64,000 nt of DNA from Catajapyx aquilonaris (Eukaryota), in contig JYFJ02001928.1 of NCBI GenBank assembly GCA_000934665.2, positions 1-64,000 on the forward strand, given 5' to 3'. The translations under genes and the position numbers were made by a program. Positions 39,539 to 52,600 of this stretch are shown piece by piece (the first letter of the stretch is position 1; each line of letters starts with the position of its first letter). The notes under the pieces are model-generated. The model saw only the letters and a list, made by a program, of their open reading frames with translations. It did no database searches and had not been told where the DNA came from.

Positions 39539-42311
39539 CTACAGATGCACAGACATAACTTCCATATCGAGCCTCCTTATGACGTCTGGAGTGTCACAAG
39601 ATCTTGGCCTGAGGCTCATGCAGACAGGGATGTGGTCTGTGAGTCCATTGAGTGCAGTCACAAAGGAGTATCCTGTCACTTCTGTGGGCACTTTTCTGCT
39701 ACGTGCTATGCGATCTATCCGCCTCATCCCACCCCAGGGTTCTGCACGCACTTTACCCTCCGGGTCAGTCTTGGGCTTTGCTGAGGCCAGGGCCAGTGTT
39801 TGAACCTGTGGAAGTGCATGCAAATCAATGTATTGTAGAGGGTGTTGGCAGAAATGTTAATCAAAGCATCCTCTGGGAAAACCATGCCTACTGGGCTAAC
39901 GCAGCAAGAAAAAATGTGCATTGTAAACAAAGATGCCATTCAAAGCTCAAATGCAATTAGTAGGAACATGTAATTGCAGTTACATGAAATTGACTTATGG
40001 AATGTACTCATTGCAAGAAAGACTTATTAAACCAGCCTCTTACAGTCAGCTCACCTCGACATCAGCATCCACTATAAATATTCTCCTCAGCTCATCATCT
40101 ATGAGGACCTTACGGAAGTTTTCAGGGGTGTCCAGACTAGCATCATACAGTGTGAGCTGCCTCAGCTCAGTCCCCACTGCCCATCCATGATCCTGACCTG
40201 CCTCCTTGCAGCACACATCCTCGTATTCACAAAATAGCTCATGGGACTGGCATGAGCTGTCACCTGAAAAGGAGCCAGAAAATATCGAGATACAATTTAA
40301 ATCAATTTGTGATGCTGAGTTTACTACAGCAAAAAAAAAAGAGAGACAATCATTAAATTGTGTGAAGCTCACTATTTCATGTAACAACTCAACAGAGGCT
40401 GATCGTAAATTGCGTGACGTCAGTGTTTCTCATTACTGAGAGGTAGGAGTTTTCGAATGGGTCCGGGTGCACTGTTATGTAACATGTTTTTTTCTTGGTG
40501 CATTCTAGCTGTGAAATTTTTACGAGGAAAGAGGAGCAGTGGCGAAGTGACAATAAAACCGGCAATGTGCGCACGAGATGGTCTCAGGGTGTCTCACTGC
40601 CAAGGCATTGCATCAACTTAGCTTACAATCAGGTCTCTGATTCGGTTATTATGTGCTGTGTTGTGAGGGATTGGAAATGTAACTTTTTTTGGACTTGATC
40701 TTTTAAGATGATTGTACTCATATTATAATTATTAATATTCAAAACAACACAAACCTGGTGACATGTTGTCAAAGTTGAAGTCACCTGAAATGACATCGAA
40801 AAGTACATTGTCCGAGTCCTGCCTAGTCCTCTTTATGAATCCTTGGACAAACTCCTGCAGTTCTGAGAGCTGTGAGTGGACAACGGGATCCTGCCCCTGG
40901 TAGGCTTGAGTATGGACATTAGCCAGATAGCCCACTTGTTGATTCTGTTTGGAGGGTGAACCTAGGAGAAGCTTCACGCAAAGAACACCATTGCAGATGT
41001 ACTGCGCAAAGGAGGTGCGGTACGTGAATGTGTGGAAGTCCGCCTCCAGGATTGGGAATTTGCTCGCCAGCATCAGTCCACTGCCTTCAAAGAGAAGAGC
41101 AACACAGCAACATGTGAAAAGTTCTTTGCAGTTATGCTTATGTTTATGATGTATACGTATATGCACATCACATATTGATACAATTTGCTCCTATTTCTAT
41201 ATATTTCCCAATAGTATGTGACACATTGCAAGTTGCTACCCTAGATGTTCTTATGAGTGATCAGATAGTCAGGTGAATTCGAGGGAAAATATGAGCCAAT
41301 ACCAGGGATGGAAAAAGAACTGAAGAAGCGCATAAAGGCATATGGAAAAAGAACCGCTTCTTCGGTTCTTTTTCCATCCCTGGCCAATACCAAATGAGTT
41401 TTGATAAATCATAGTACATCTCTTGTGGTTAAGCTCAAAAAATGTATGACCTCTCGACAAATATATACATATTTTGCACTTAAATAAAGTGTAGGTCCAT
41501 AGCAATACGATTATGCAAAATATATTAATGTGGAATAATTGTCTAATGATGTGCAGTGTTGTGTAGTACACGTACCCAAAATGCATCGATTTGTGCGCAG
41601 CCCATATTCCCCAACGTCATACACAAAGTAGGGGAACTCGCTGCTGAGCTGCTTCATGAGTACGCAGGAGAAGTACCTCTCCCACACCTCCTGGAAGCAG
41701 ATGAAGTCCATCACTGGGAACTGCGTGTGCACACTTTCTTCCTTCTGTCCTGAACCTGACAAGCATTCCATGTTTTCAAGTGACTTCCCACTGTGACTCA
41801 AGAGCTTTCGTGCTATTTCAAGCAAGCGGAAGTGAACCCGTCCATTGTTGTTGATCCTACTCAGGAACTCGGGTGCTAACAAGACATTAGCAGTTGCGAA
41901 TGTGAATACACGGGACGACACATCACCCACAGGCAGGTCTGGTGGTTCTTCAACGCATGGCTTGTTCTCATACTTGGCATAGACCAACTTCTGTTGCCTC
42001 CCTAGAGTGCAGAGTATGACCCACAGCACCATACCGCACAGGCCACACGGCAGGAGTGCTAATAGCAGTGCCACATGTGCAGGTCCTACCAACAGGTACC
42101 GGTACATCCTCCTGGTGGGTTGCTGCTCTGAAGGGGTGACGGTGAGGTAGCTGGAGATTGTGAGGCTCAGTGCAGTAAGCCATGGGTACATCAATATGTA
42201 CGCAAGCTTGTCCAGAAAGCTCTCCAGGCGCGTGTGGTAGCGGCAAGAGGTGCTCATTTGGAGAAGGCGAAGTGGGAACAGGACGCCAACCATGCAGCGG
42301 AGATCCCACAT
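39539..42311 (-). CDS. Neutral sphingomyelinase, SMPD3/SMPD5-like (EEP fold, two N-terminal hydrophobic segments)
   Basis: ATANVLLAPEFLSRINN, DFICFQEVW, GSGLMLASKFPI, HTQAYQG, GDFNFDN, RRIDRI, GLTDHIPV. Exons 41576-42311, 40755-41084, 40055-40263, 39539-39805; an acceptor near 42400 suggests an upstream non-coding exon. Confidence 0.9.
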
Positions 42312-42909
42312 GATTGGGTGAGAAGGAGATAAGGATTAGTCAGAGGATACTGTTGATAAGGATGTGGATAAAATTACATGTCCGGCACTTTCAGCCTTTC
42401 TGAGAAAGAGAGATAAGGCCAGTTGTTAGCATTACCTACATTTCATTCCAGTTTATTTACTTGTGTCTACTATGAATTTGCCAATGAAATGTACCTTCCC
42501 CTGGGAAATAACTTTCTCGCTTTAAAACTTAAATTACTCATTTGCATTGTGAATGCTACTCACAGGAACATATTGCTGTGTTCTTGTTATTAATTGTTGT
42601 AGTTGTTGCCAACTATTGAAAACAAAATTATCTCTGTACACACCCCTGATCATACTCATCAGCATACATCATATTGAATAGTGAAGATAATATCCGAATG
42701 GATGTCATGACCAAGAGGTTTACTAATGAGCCAAAAAAGAATAAGTCTAGAAGTAAATTTCCATTTTTATAACCAGTGTGCCGATTCTTTGTCATGAAGA
42801 CATCAGTTCACGTTTCAGGAGAATTTTTCTCTCCCTTTCTTACTATGTCAAGGCTTTTGAACCCATTTTCTGATGTTTGAACTCGCTGCCAAGAAAATAA
42901 TACTCTGAC

Positions 42910-43057
42910 CAAGGGGGTAATCACTCGACTGATAAGTGTACACTGGAGTACCAAATTCAAGGAGTATTTAGGAGTACTAAAGAGTAAGGTACCTGAGGAG
43001 TACCTGGGAGTACCACTCGCAGGTGTACACCGGAGTACCGAAGTGGTTACCCTCTTG
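42910..43057. mobile_element. 148-bp MITE with 8-bp TSD (P-element- or hAT-type)
   Basis: TIRs caagggggtaatcact / agtggttaccctcttg; perfect TSD actctgac (42902-42909, 43058-43065); internal ggagtac repeats. Confidence 0.85.
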
Positions 43058-45861
43058 ACTCTGACTGTGAGCCATTACGTGACTATACTTATTTGCGGGT
43101 ATATCTCGCGTGTTGGGAGGGATATTTTTTTCCTCGGTCTCGATTGGGTAAGACATAATAAGTCGAAGAAATTCACCTCGGAAACCCTATTGACGAAGAA
43201 GTAGCTCGTATAGCATTCGTTATCTTCCGGGAATCGCAGAAGAAGAAAATAAGATATGGGGCCAGGGAACAAAAAATAATAATGGATCTATAGGATTCCC
43301 TTTTTTTTATGAGATCCCCTTTTCTGTTCATTACGTCGTCTAAATCCTTTTGGAAGGGTGACCTCTACCATTTGATCTCCGCAGATGGATCTGGGTTGTT
43401 TGTGTCAGCAAAAGCTCCCAGATGCCAGATCGATTGGTAAGACGATAAACCGCGCAAAATCAACCATAACCTATACCGCGAGATTTGGATGGTAATACAA
43501 AATTAGGCTTGATAATTTTTTTAAATTGCCAAGTTAAACATAGATATTTTTGAAATATTAAATTACACTCCGACTAAAATAGTTTGATGTCGCTTAAATA
43601 CACCGGTTATAAATGGTCCTTACACTGTCTTATAAATATTAATCTATTAATCGCAATGTGGTTAAGTCTCAATACCACTTTGATTCATACCGCGAGTATT
43701 TTATAACAAACTTTGCAAAACATGAAGTAAATTTTGACCTTTGCCATTAGCCTGTGAAAACGTCGATACATTTGCAGGTCATACTTGGCTTTACCTTTTT
43801 TATTTGTGGGGAGATGGGTAATGCGCGTGCTTTAAAAAGTCAAAGTGAAAGCCCGTGCCATAACTGACTGCAAACAGTAAACCGCAAGAAAGCTTTCTAT
43901 TTCTAACGGTTTTTTGAGTGACTTGCCATGATTACGGGGCCAAATATTACGAGTATATTGCGAGGGGAAAAAAAATAAAAAAAATCAACGGTTGAGTAAC
44001 CTTTTCCTTCTTATTATGGCATTTATTAATGTCTTACTTCACCGTCTTTGAAACTGTAAGTGTTCACTGCCCAAATCAATGGGAAAAGTGGATTATTCAC
44101 TCCAGCAACCTGCTTAAAATACGTAAATGTGTTCCTACATCAAAGGATTGAAAATGTGAGGTTGCTGGTATGAACAATCAATATTTTTACAGGACTTATG
44201 CCACTTATGCACCACTAGTTATAGCAGGGCAATAAAATGTAACACAAAATGTGTCGCATATTAATTTTTGCACTATATAGACGCAACAATCAGGAGGAGA
44301 ATTATTGCGGATGGTCTTACCTTTTTTAAAATTGCGAAACCTGATGTAGGACACCCCAAGTTCTCGCTGTATACAGAACACTTCTCTGGATATGTATAGT
44401 TGTGTTCCCTGCCTGATCTGCCCCAACTATGGAGCCATATAAGATCCGGCAGAGGTTGATGTATCCCCCCCAAGTGTGGTCCGCCGACCATGCGTGGGAT
44501 TATCGACCCCTTTTGCGCATGCACCTTTTGCTCTTCCAGCCTCCATCCAGCACATACTCATTGTTGAGATGCTGCTGGACCGTCAAACTTATTGCCCGCC
44601 CACGCAACTTGCTTCCCACGTCTTCGCGTCTTATTACACGCATTTTCGAAGGAGAAAATGAGTTATGAAAATACACTGGCTGTTGGGAAAGAGAGAAAAA
44701 AATGTGCGAATTTGCATGATTTGCGAGTGTTGGTTAATGCTAATAAAATAACTAATTGTGAATGTCAGCTTGCATTGGGATCTGTCAACATTTGGCGTGT
44801 ACACTCGCGCATGAACAATTAAAAGTCAACAGTGTCGACGAAATGCAAACACATTGCTAACAACCACAGAGTCAATACATGACTATTAATTATCGCCGTA
44901 GTTCGTTGCCTTTTGCTGAACAATGATATTAATGAAATTATTACCGAATCCGGTAATTGGGATACGTCTACAAGTCGCAATTATTCATTACATCTTTCTA
45001 AATACAATAGAGGTCGAATTTTCTTCCCACTGCTAGTTACTGCTAACTAAGCAGTACCATTGCCAACACTGGTACTGATAAGTTAGCAGTAACTAGCAGT
45101 GGGACGAAAATTCCACCCAATATGTATCCAGTGTCCACAGCGTTGTGCTTTAAAAACATGCAAATTGTGTACATTAGATACATTTGTGTACACAAACTGT
45201 GTCTTCACCATACCGCAAGAGCTGCCATACACTAGTACGAGTACAAAGAATAATACACAGCACATGATGTGCGTATCAAATTTGTACACAATACTTTTAG
45301 AGAGATTGTGTATCTTAATTATTCATTATTTAGCTGTTCATTTAGGTCTGCCTATTGTTCGTTTTTTTAAATTAGTTAGGTGCACATTTTCGCATTAAGT
45401 CTAATCAGGTATTCTGGTCATATGGTGTTGCAATAAGTGGCCTTCCGTGACAAATGTCTTTCTGCTGCAGCTGTAAAACATTTTTTGCTGCTGAATGTTG
45501 ACGAAACTTGAGTTAAATCCGGTGCCATGAAATGTGGGACGGGCCACGCACCATAGCACTTTCCATTTCCGGTGTTACAGATATAGTCAAGGAGAAATAC
45601 GGAGTTTCCGAGTTTGACAGCAGGAGAGTTCATTTTTTTCAATATTTTTTTTCTTCACAAAAGGCGACTATTTACGGGGAAAACTGGAGCTTTCTCGATA
45701 TTACGCGGTTGGAGGAACTCGACGGTTCATGACTGGCATGCTTTTTTACAACAGAACATACAGGGTGGTACATTTTGTGTCTGGTAATCAAAATTGTGGA
45801 CCGGGTCTAGACCTGGCCCATCAGTTTACTCGGGGATATGTAAACGCTTGTTTCTCTAAAC

Positions 45862-45895
45862 CAAGGTGAGGTGTATAGAAGATCTATACACCTTG
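45862..45895. mobile_element. 34-bp TIR-only remnant between 8-bp direct repeats (possible excision footprint)
   Basis: caaggtgaggtgtatagaagatctatacaccttg flanked by ctctaaac (45854-45861, 45896-45903). Confidence 0.7.
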
Positions 45896-48800
45896 CTCTA
45901 AACCAGCAGATACGGGCGCAGTCCATTTGAAAAATGAATTATATTCATTACTGTAGTTACGCGCATGTCGCATCATATTCAGCTGTAATTCAATTCCCTA
46001 TTAATTTCCCAATTTGTGTCATTCACATTAATTGACTTCGCAATTATTTCAATTCACGTCCAATTTTCACTAAATTCAGCTGTCAGTTCATCCGAATTTA
46101 ACTGTGCCCTCAACTGCTTTTAGCTGATGGTTGCTTGAGTGAACAATCCACAATTTCTTCTTGCACTGTGGGCAGTGCACCACCCTGTATGGAAAGCAGA
46201 GTGCAAAATTGCGCTTCAATAAATTCGCCTGTCAAATCCATCTCTGAATAGAAATTCAGCAAGGAGCATTCAGACAAAATGGCATAACACTATTGCATTA
46301 TTGCTGATTATGAAGGCTAATTACGACTCGCTTTGCTTTACGAAACGGACTTGTTACGCACGTAGTAATTTAAAGGCGAGGTCGCAACATAAATGTGGCA
46401 AGTCATAAGGTCGTGTAATTATGCGCAAGTAGGCTTAAATAACGCATGCTTCCCAGAGTGAGAAATTATAAGGGAGAGCTGGTTGTAATTATTAAAACCG
46501 GGCTTTGGCCTCGGGTGTAATCCCCGCTGTCCTATAATCCTCATTTTTTTCAGTGTGGTTCTCTCATTTTGTGCAGGTGGCATATAGCTTTTAATAATAA
46601 TAATCTCAGGAGTTGCCTTAGCACCAGGCGGTAGGTCTTGATTAACCAAGCGTATGCGAAAACACAGGCAAGTTAAGTTGGGCTTTACACATTTCCGCAT
46701 CAGAGTCGGCGGAAGGAATGCTTAATGAGCTCGCTTCTTGCATCCAGAGAAAGAATTTTTTAAGTTTTTTTTTGGAGGCCAACCAACTGCGAAAGTGATT
46801 CCCGTGGCTTCACTGCACCCTGAAAGTTTTATACCTTGCCCTATTTTTGTTGGAAGGCTTTCTAACTTAATTTCGTCAACTTCGCCGACACATTTTTTGG
46901 GTGTTCAAAGCACAATTAGTCGAGTTCAAAAATATGCGTGCGATATGCATTTGGCAGAAAAAAAACTGATAAAATGTCATTTTACACCGCTCTATTAATT
47001 TATTTTGAAACGATTACCTGCACAATTTGCTTACATTTATGATTAACTAAATTTTTAAGACAGGTCATTATGTCACCCATCCCTTCAAATATGGACCGAA
47101 CACAAAAACAATGGGAAATGAGTCAATAACCGCAATGAATGTAATGAATTTATTGCGTCTTTTTCTGGCGTAGTATTTCAGGCCAAGAAATGCGCCAAAC
47201 CAAAACAATCGCCAATTCAGCCACACTATTTTTGTCAACCCTGCCCTGTTTTTTAAGCAGTAATGCAAACAAAAAGCTATTGTCAACTCCACAGGGCAGC
47301 CTTTTATCAAACGGAAAATACCTATTGAATGTTCGCTTCATTTTCTTAGTTCTGTCCCTTATGACGCTGTACGAGACTTTGACAAATTAATATTATGGGC
47401 TTTGTTTTACACTTCCACACTCACTTGTCAGTAAATATCTCTAACGAAGTTAACATGTTTGATTGAATAAACAGAAAGCAATAATTCAATGTACAAACGT
47501 TGGCGTGTTCGAAACACTTGCAGCACTTGCGACACCTCTAAATATGAAATGTTAACTCGGCTTTTTTTTTGTCAGCAGTTACATACGCAATATATCCAAA
47601 TAACCAAATTTCAAGGCGTTTATAAGCTTTTGAAGTGATACAGATTGGCATGACTGCTTTTCAAATGAATTTATTGGCGACTCTCTTTCCGCCAAGTAAA
47701 CTACACGCCCAATATCATTATAGAGATCAGACGCTCTGGCAATTTACCCTTATACCCTTATACCCCTTTTACCTTTATTACAGTGCATTATTTCATCGCT
47801 TTTTCCCCCTTTCAAAGTTCATTTTACGCAGACCAGCGCACTCATGCACTTAAATAAACCGTTGCAACGATTCAAAACAATTCGTATTAGATTGGAAATG
47901 TTTTCTCATCCATATCTTCAAAGGAGTTGAGTCTAATTGGAATGAGCTTTATATTCCAATATTGTTAGCAATATCAGTTTTCTGGGGCTACAATCATAGT
48001 AGAGTAATTGCACTTGACCCGTCCTTATACAAGTAGGTTTATATCCACGTATACGTGCTCCATACTGCTGTAGCCTACTACAAAAGAGGGTAAAAACTCA
48101 CCCCAGAGGCTGAGGCTGGTCTCACGTGTGTCCTGAATGGTCTCAAGCCAAGAAATGCGGCTTCTCGGTTGGGGACATGTCTCCAACCGAGGTTCACTTT
48201 CGTAATGTCTCTCTCTCTCTCTTTCCCATTTAAATTTTTTTTAAACCAATTGCGTTGAGACAGGCTGAGTCACAAATAATCCTCGCTGTGAATTGATCTG
48301 ATGTGATGGCGGGATGGGTATGGCTTGACGTCTAAATCTCCGGGAAAAGTGTGAAATTAGATGCTTTTATTCACGTCACGTGCATGTTATTTTTGGGCGT
48401 CTTTTTTTGCGGAGGGTCAAAGCGTGACAGGAAGAAAGTGCGCGTAAGCAGCATTGAAATTATTTGTTTCCAAAATGCAAAAACATGGATGCATAATGGG
48501 CGAAAAATGTGCTGTTTTTTCCGATATGACAAATATTTCAGTCGTTTTTTTTTAAATTTGGAAGATATGGCGGACTTTGCAAGCTAACGGGGAAATCATA
48601 TGGAATATATTTAAGAACATTGACGGTTGCAATGAACGTAGGAAAGGAGGTCAATGTGACAGTCTCTCTATGTGATGGATGGCAGTAGTAAACGGCATAA
48701 TATGCGGAGATCCATCCATTTTTGGGGACAGAGAGCAAAAGGTTGCAGTTGTAGAGAGTGACATGGATGACTGATGACCGTCATGTTATTTTGGAACTAG

Positions 48801-49653
48801 GCCAAAGAATATTTTTGAAATATAAAAAATGACAAACTTACTCATATGAATACTGGTGATTTGTTCGTTTTTACAGTTATATCTCATTATTTATTTCATT
48901 GTTTGTCATATTTATTAATTTGTAATATTTATTAATTTGTTTGTAATATCCTTCATTCATTCATTCATCGCTGGTAACCCCATCTTGGGAATATGCCTTG
49001 AGTGTAATGAATGAATGAATGTTTGTAATGTTTAGAGCTCTTTATTATTATTTACTTATGCGTAGGCCTACTATTTATATATTTATTATTTACTTATTCG
49101 TAATTTTAATTACATTATAAAATGACCTCACTGGTCATCACCGCTTCCACATCCGTCTCCATGCATGTCCCATTAGGATTATACTGTACATCTTCCTCCG
49201 CATCAGACTGAAAACGTACGGCGACTTTATTTGGCTAATAATATATTGTGTCTCTTTTCAAATCTCATTCCACTGCCTCGACGACCATGTTTGCCGTAAC
49301 TATACCCGAGTCTGAAATGAGTGTTGGCAGTCTTGAGGCATTACGCAGTGTTTTCGGCATGGCCGGTATGACATATATACTGCGGGTTTACACTTCAGAC
49401 ATCTTGTATTGTCACAAAAACAATGGCTGCATCGAATGGAATGGATCATGACTGTCTGGTGCTGTCTGGCCGGATTTAAAGGAAATATTGGACACTAAAA
49501 ACCTCGCTATAAAAACTCAAAATGTTTTTTCTATACTTCTTGATTTAATAACATGCTGAATTCTGTAACATAAGTGGACATACCGCAGAATCTACCAACT
49601 GGTACGACAAAGAGCGCAGCACGCCATCAACATGTGTAGCAGAGAGTGAAGTT

Positions 49654-52600
49654 TTAGAGGTTCTTGATGAGGACCATCAGTGGAAGGATGATCAGTCCGG
49701 TGAAAAACGTCGGTCCCATGCAAGCGGCGCACTTATCCTGCACAAAACAAAACGAAAAAATTAATCATGGGAACTGCACGAGCGATGACATAAATGTACC
49801 CACAAGGACAGGAATTGCTTCGCTCCAAACAGCAAGCAGATGCGAATATTTGCAAAAATCAACGGTTCATGACTTCATGCATAGGAAATTGCAAGCACCA
49901 AGCAATTTTATTTTTGTCCGTCATGCCATTAGGCAAGACCCAGTCGGTGTACCTATACAGTACATGACTGTACTATACAGGAACTTATTGCTGCTTGCTT
50001 ATATTATTCCTTTCATGATGCACAAAATTACATAACCACGACATATAGTGCGGGATGTGTTATGTCAGCGCAATGCGGAATAATAATATTCCACAAATTA
50101 GTAGGCATGTAGTGTACGTTATATTGAATTACATGAATACAACTGTAGGTGATTGCCGGCTTCTACAAGTACTTCGGTATAACCATAAGGATAACACCTT
50201 GATGACACTAATGTAACACGTTTTTTGTCCATGGGAATTCATCCCCATTTTCGTGTTCGCTTAGGTCACTCGTTACTCGTAGTGACCTTCATTTCCGTCT
50301 GAATAACCTTGTGTTTGACCTCGGGGCAGTCCAAAAATTTATTGCTCAAAATATTGGGGGATCTGTTGTAGGGGGGGATACAACAGATCGCCCAATAATT
50401 TGAGCAATAATTTTTTGGACTGCCCCGAGGTCCTGCGAGTACTGCGACTTTTCTGCGAGTACCTGACCAGGATCTTTTTTTTTTTTTTGTAACGGTCATG
50501 CAAGGGCAGCCGGGTCCTGCTTCTTATTATCCTCTGGCACCCCAATAATTTGTGAAAATCCGTGATGTACGACGACGATGATGATGATGATTTAGAATCA
50601 TGTGGGCCAAAATATTGATCGGCCTTTGCGGCCAAAAGCGGACAATACCCCACCCGTTGGCCATATTGAAAGTGTTATTTTCAATACCTTGGTATTTAGA
50701 TTTTTTGATAGCCTATCTACACTAAAATTACATTTTTTCATAGATATTTTTATTTTAAAAGTCACTATTAATTTGACGTTTATTGTCCGCGCGTACAATA
50801 TACCTATTAGACTTGTACCCCCAAAACCTGCCCAAAACCCTCCTGTATACGGACAAGCGACAAAACGGGGCAAAGTGCAACCCCCTCCCCCTTCCCCCCT
50901 TCATTTGTCCGCGCGGATTATGGACTGCCCCTATGTTCAAATAATTATTATATTGCTTTGTTATTTGCAATTTGTTCAAAATTCTCCGATTTAAAACATT
51001 TTTAAAGGTAATTTGAAAGCGGCGTAAAATGAAGGGACGTAAAATGAAGGGGCCTAAAACAAGCAGTAGCCTACCTGTAATTTGATTTTTAGCAAGGGGC
51101 GGTGACTCATCTTCCCAAGGTCACTTTTCACCTTTTAAGCAACTGATGACACTTTGTGCTGGCAGCTAAGTGACACCAGACAAGTGAAAAGTTTTAGTTC
51201 TTTTCTCTGTAAGTTACTATATAAATAAGTCACTTACTTCGATCTCGGCTTTCTTCTTCTCAATAGATTCCTGGTAGGTTTTCTTGGTCTTGTCGTCTGG
51301 AAGTTCTGAAAGGTTATTTTCGAGGCATTTTTTGTAGTCAGGGTAGTACCTGTCGGCAGCTAGAACAAGGCACATGTTTAAAAATGAGAAGTTGTATATA
51401 CCACCGGCACACTCTCTGATTTCATTTCATTGTCAAAAGTTAAACGGTTAAAGGAATGCCAACTGTTCCCACTGAGGTCATATTCATTTCCGTAGATGGA
51501 CGTTGAGTATTTCACACACAACTTACTTGCACATGTCTGCTGTAGTTAGGTTCTTCGTTCCTCCAGCAGTTGCCTCCACAACTTTTTTGACGTCCTCGGG
51601 GCAAATAATCGGCTGCGGGGCGCCAGTCTTTGGGGGGGGGGGGGGGGGGGGGGGNNNNNNGGGGGGGGGGGCGTCTTCTTCCGAGCAGACATAGCACCCT
51701 GCTGGGAAAGAGTCAAACCGTCATAATCATGTCTACATTCATGTCTTTCTGGGGCAAAGCCTAAACTACTCTATGTCGGTAGTTTAGTTAATATCAGTAC
51801 TTTTTTCGTTTCCTATATACGCCTCTGTTGCTTTTTCCTTGAAAGGTCCTCCCTTCTGTTCTAGTCAACGAAAGTAATAAACATTGTCAACAATAAAGCA
51901 ATAATTCCAAGGGTGCTTCACTGACAGATGCGAGTGTCCTATTGTTGACACTGTTTACTCATAAAAAGCCAAAGTGAGGTCCAGGAAACGGTAAAGTATA
52001 CCGAAATACTATCTTGTGGGCCTATATACTGTATAAGGTATGTAAGTTTCTTTGTTTTTCAAAATGAGCTTGGACGCCACTGCAGTTTAGTTCAGCCCGA
52101 CGATTATGTAGGTAACTTGGAGTAAACCAAAGAGTTCTGCTATAATATGATATAAGAGAAAAAACTTTCCCTTCAGTAAAAACTCTTCAGTAAGACCTCA
52201 GTGGCGGAAAGGTACTGAAACAAGGCAGGCTCACGTAAGACCTTCACCAATTAAGATGTACCATATAGGTCTTACTCAAGCAATTCTGAAATTAACGCTC
52301 ATAAAGTAGCCTATCCTTTCTGAAAACAGTTCCATGAGCCAATGTACTTTCTGAAATTAGGAACCGGCTCCAATATATATTAAGTTTAGTATTTTGAATT
52401 TCTCTATGATTGGAGAGAATTTATTGCCATAAAACATTATGCACAACCGTCGTCTCTCTGAGTACGGTACTAGTTTTTAATGATTGCAATGTTAAAATTT
52501 TGTAATGTATTGTCATAAATTTGTTAATTATCTAAGGTCCTTTTCTCGATGGGATTCTGCATTTTCAAGAGCGAACAAAGTCTGTGAGGATGGGCAGAGT

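Noticed and set aside
45759..46189. Apparent Tc1/mariner TIR pair tacagggtggtaca / tgcaccaccctgta
   Set aside because: Only about 14-16 bp of similarity in a motif common in this genome; could be chance or two unrelated remnants.
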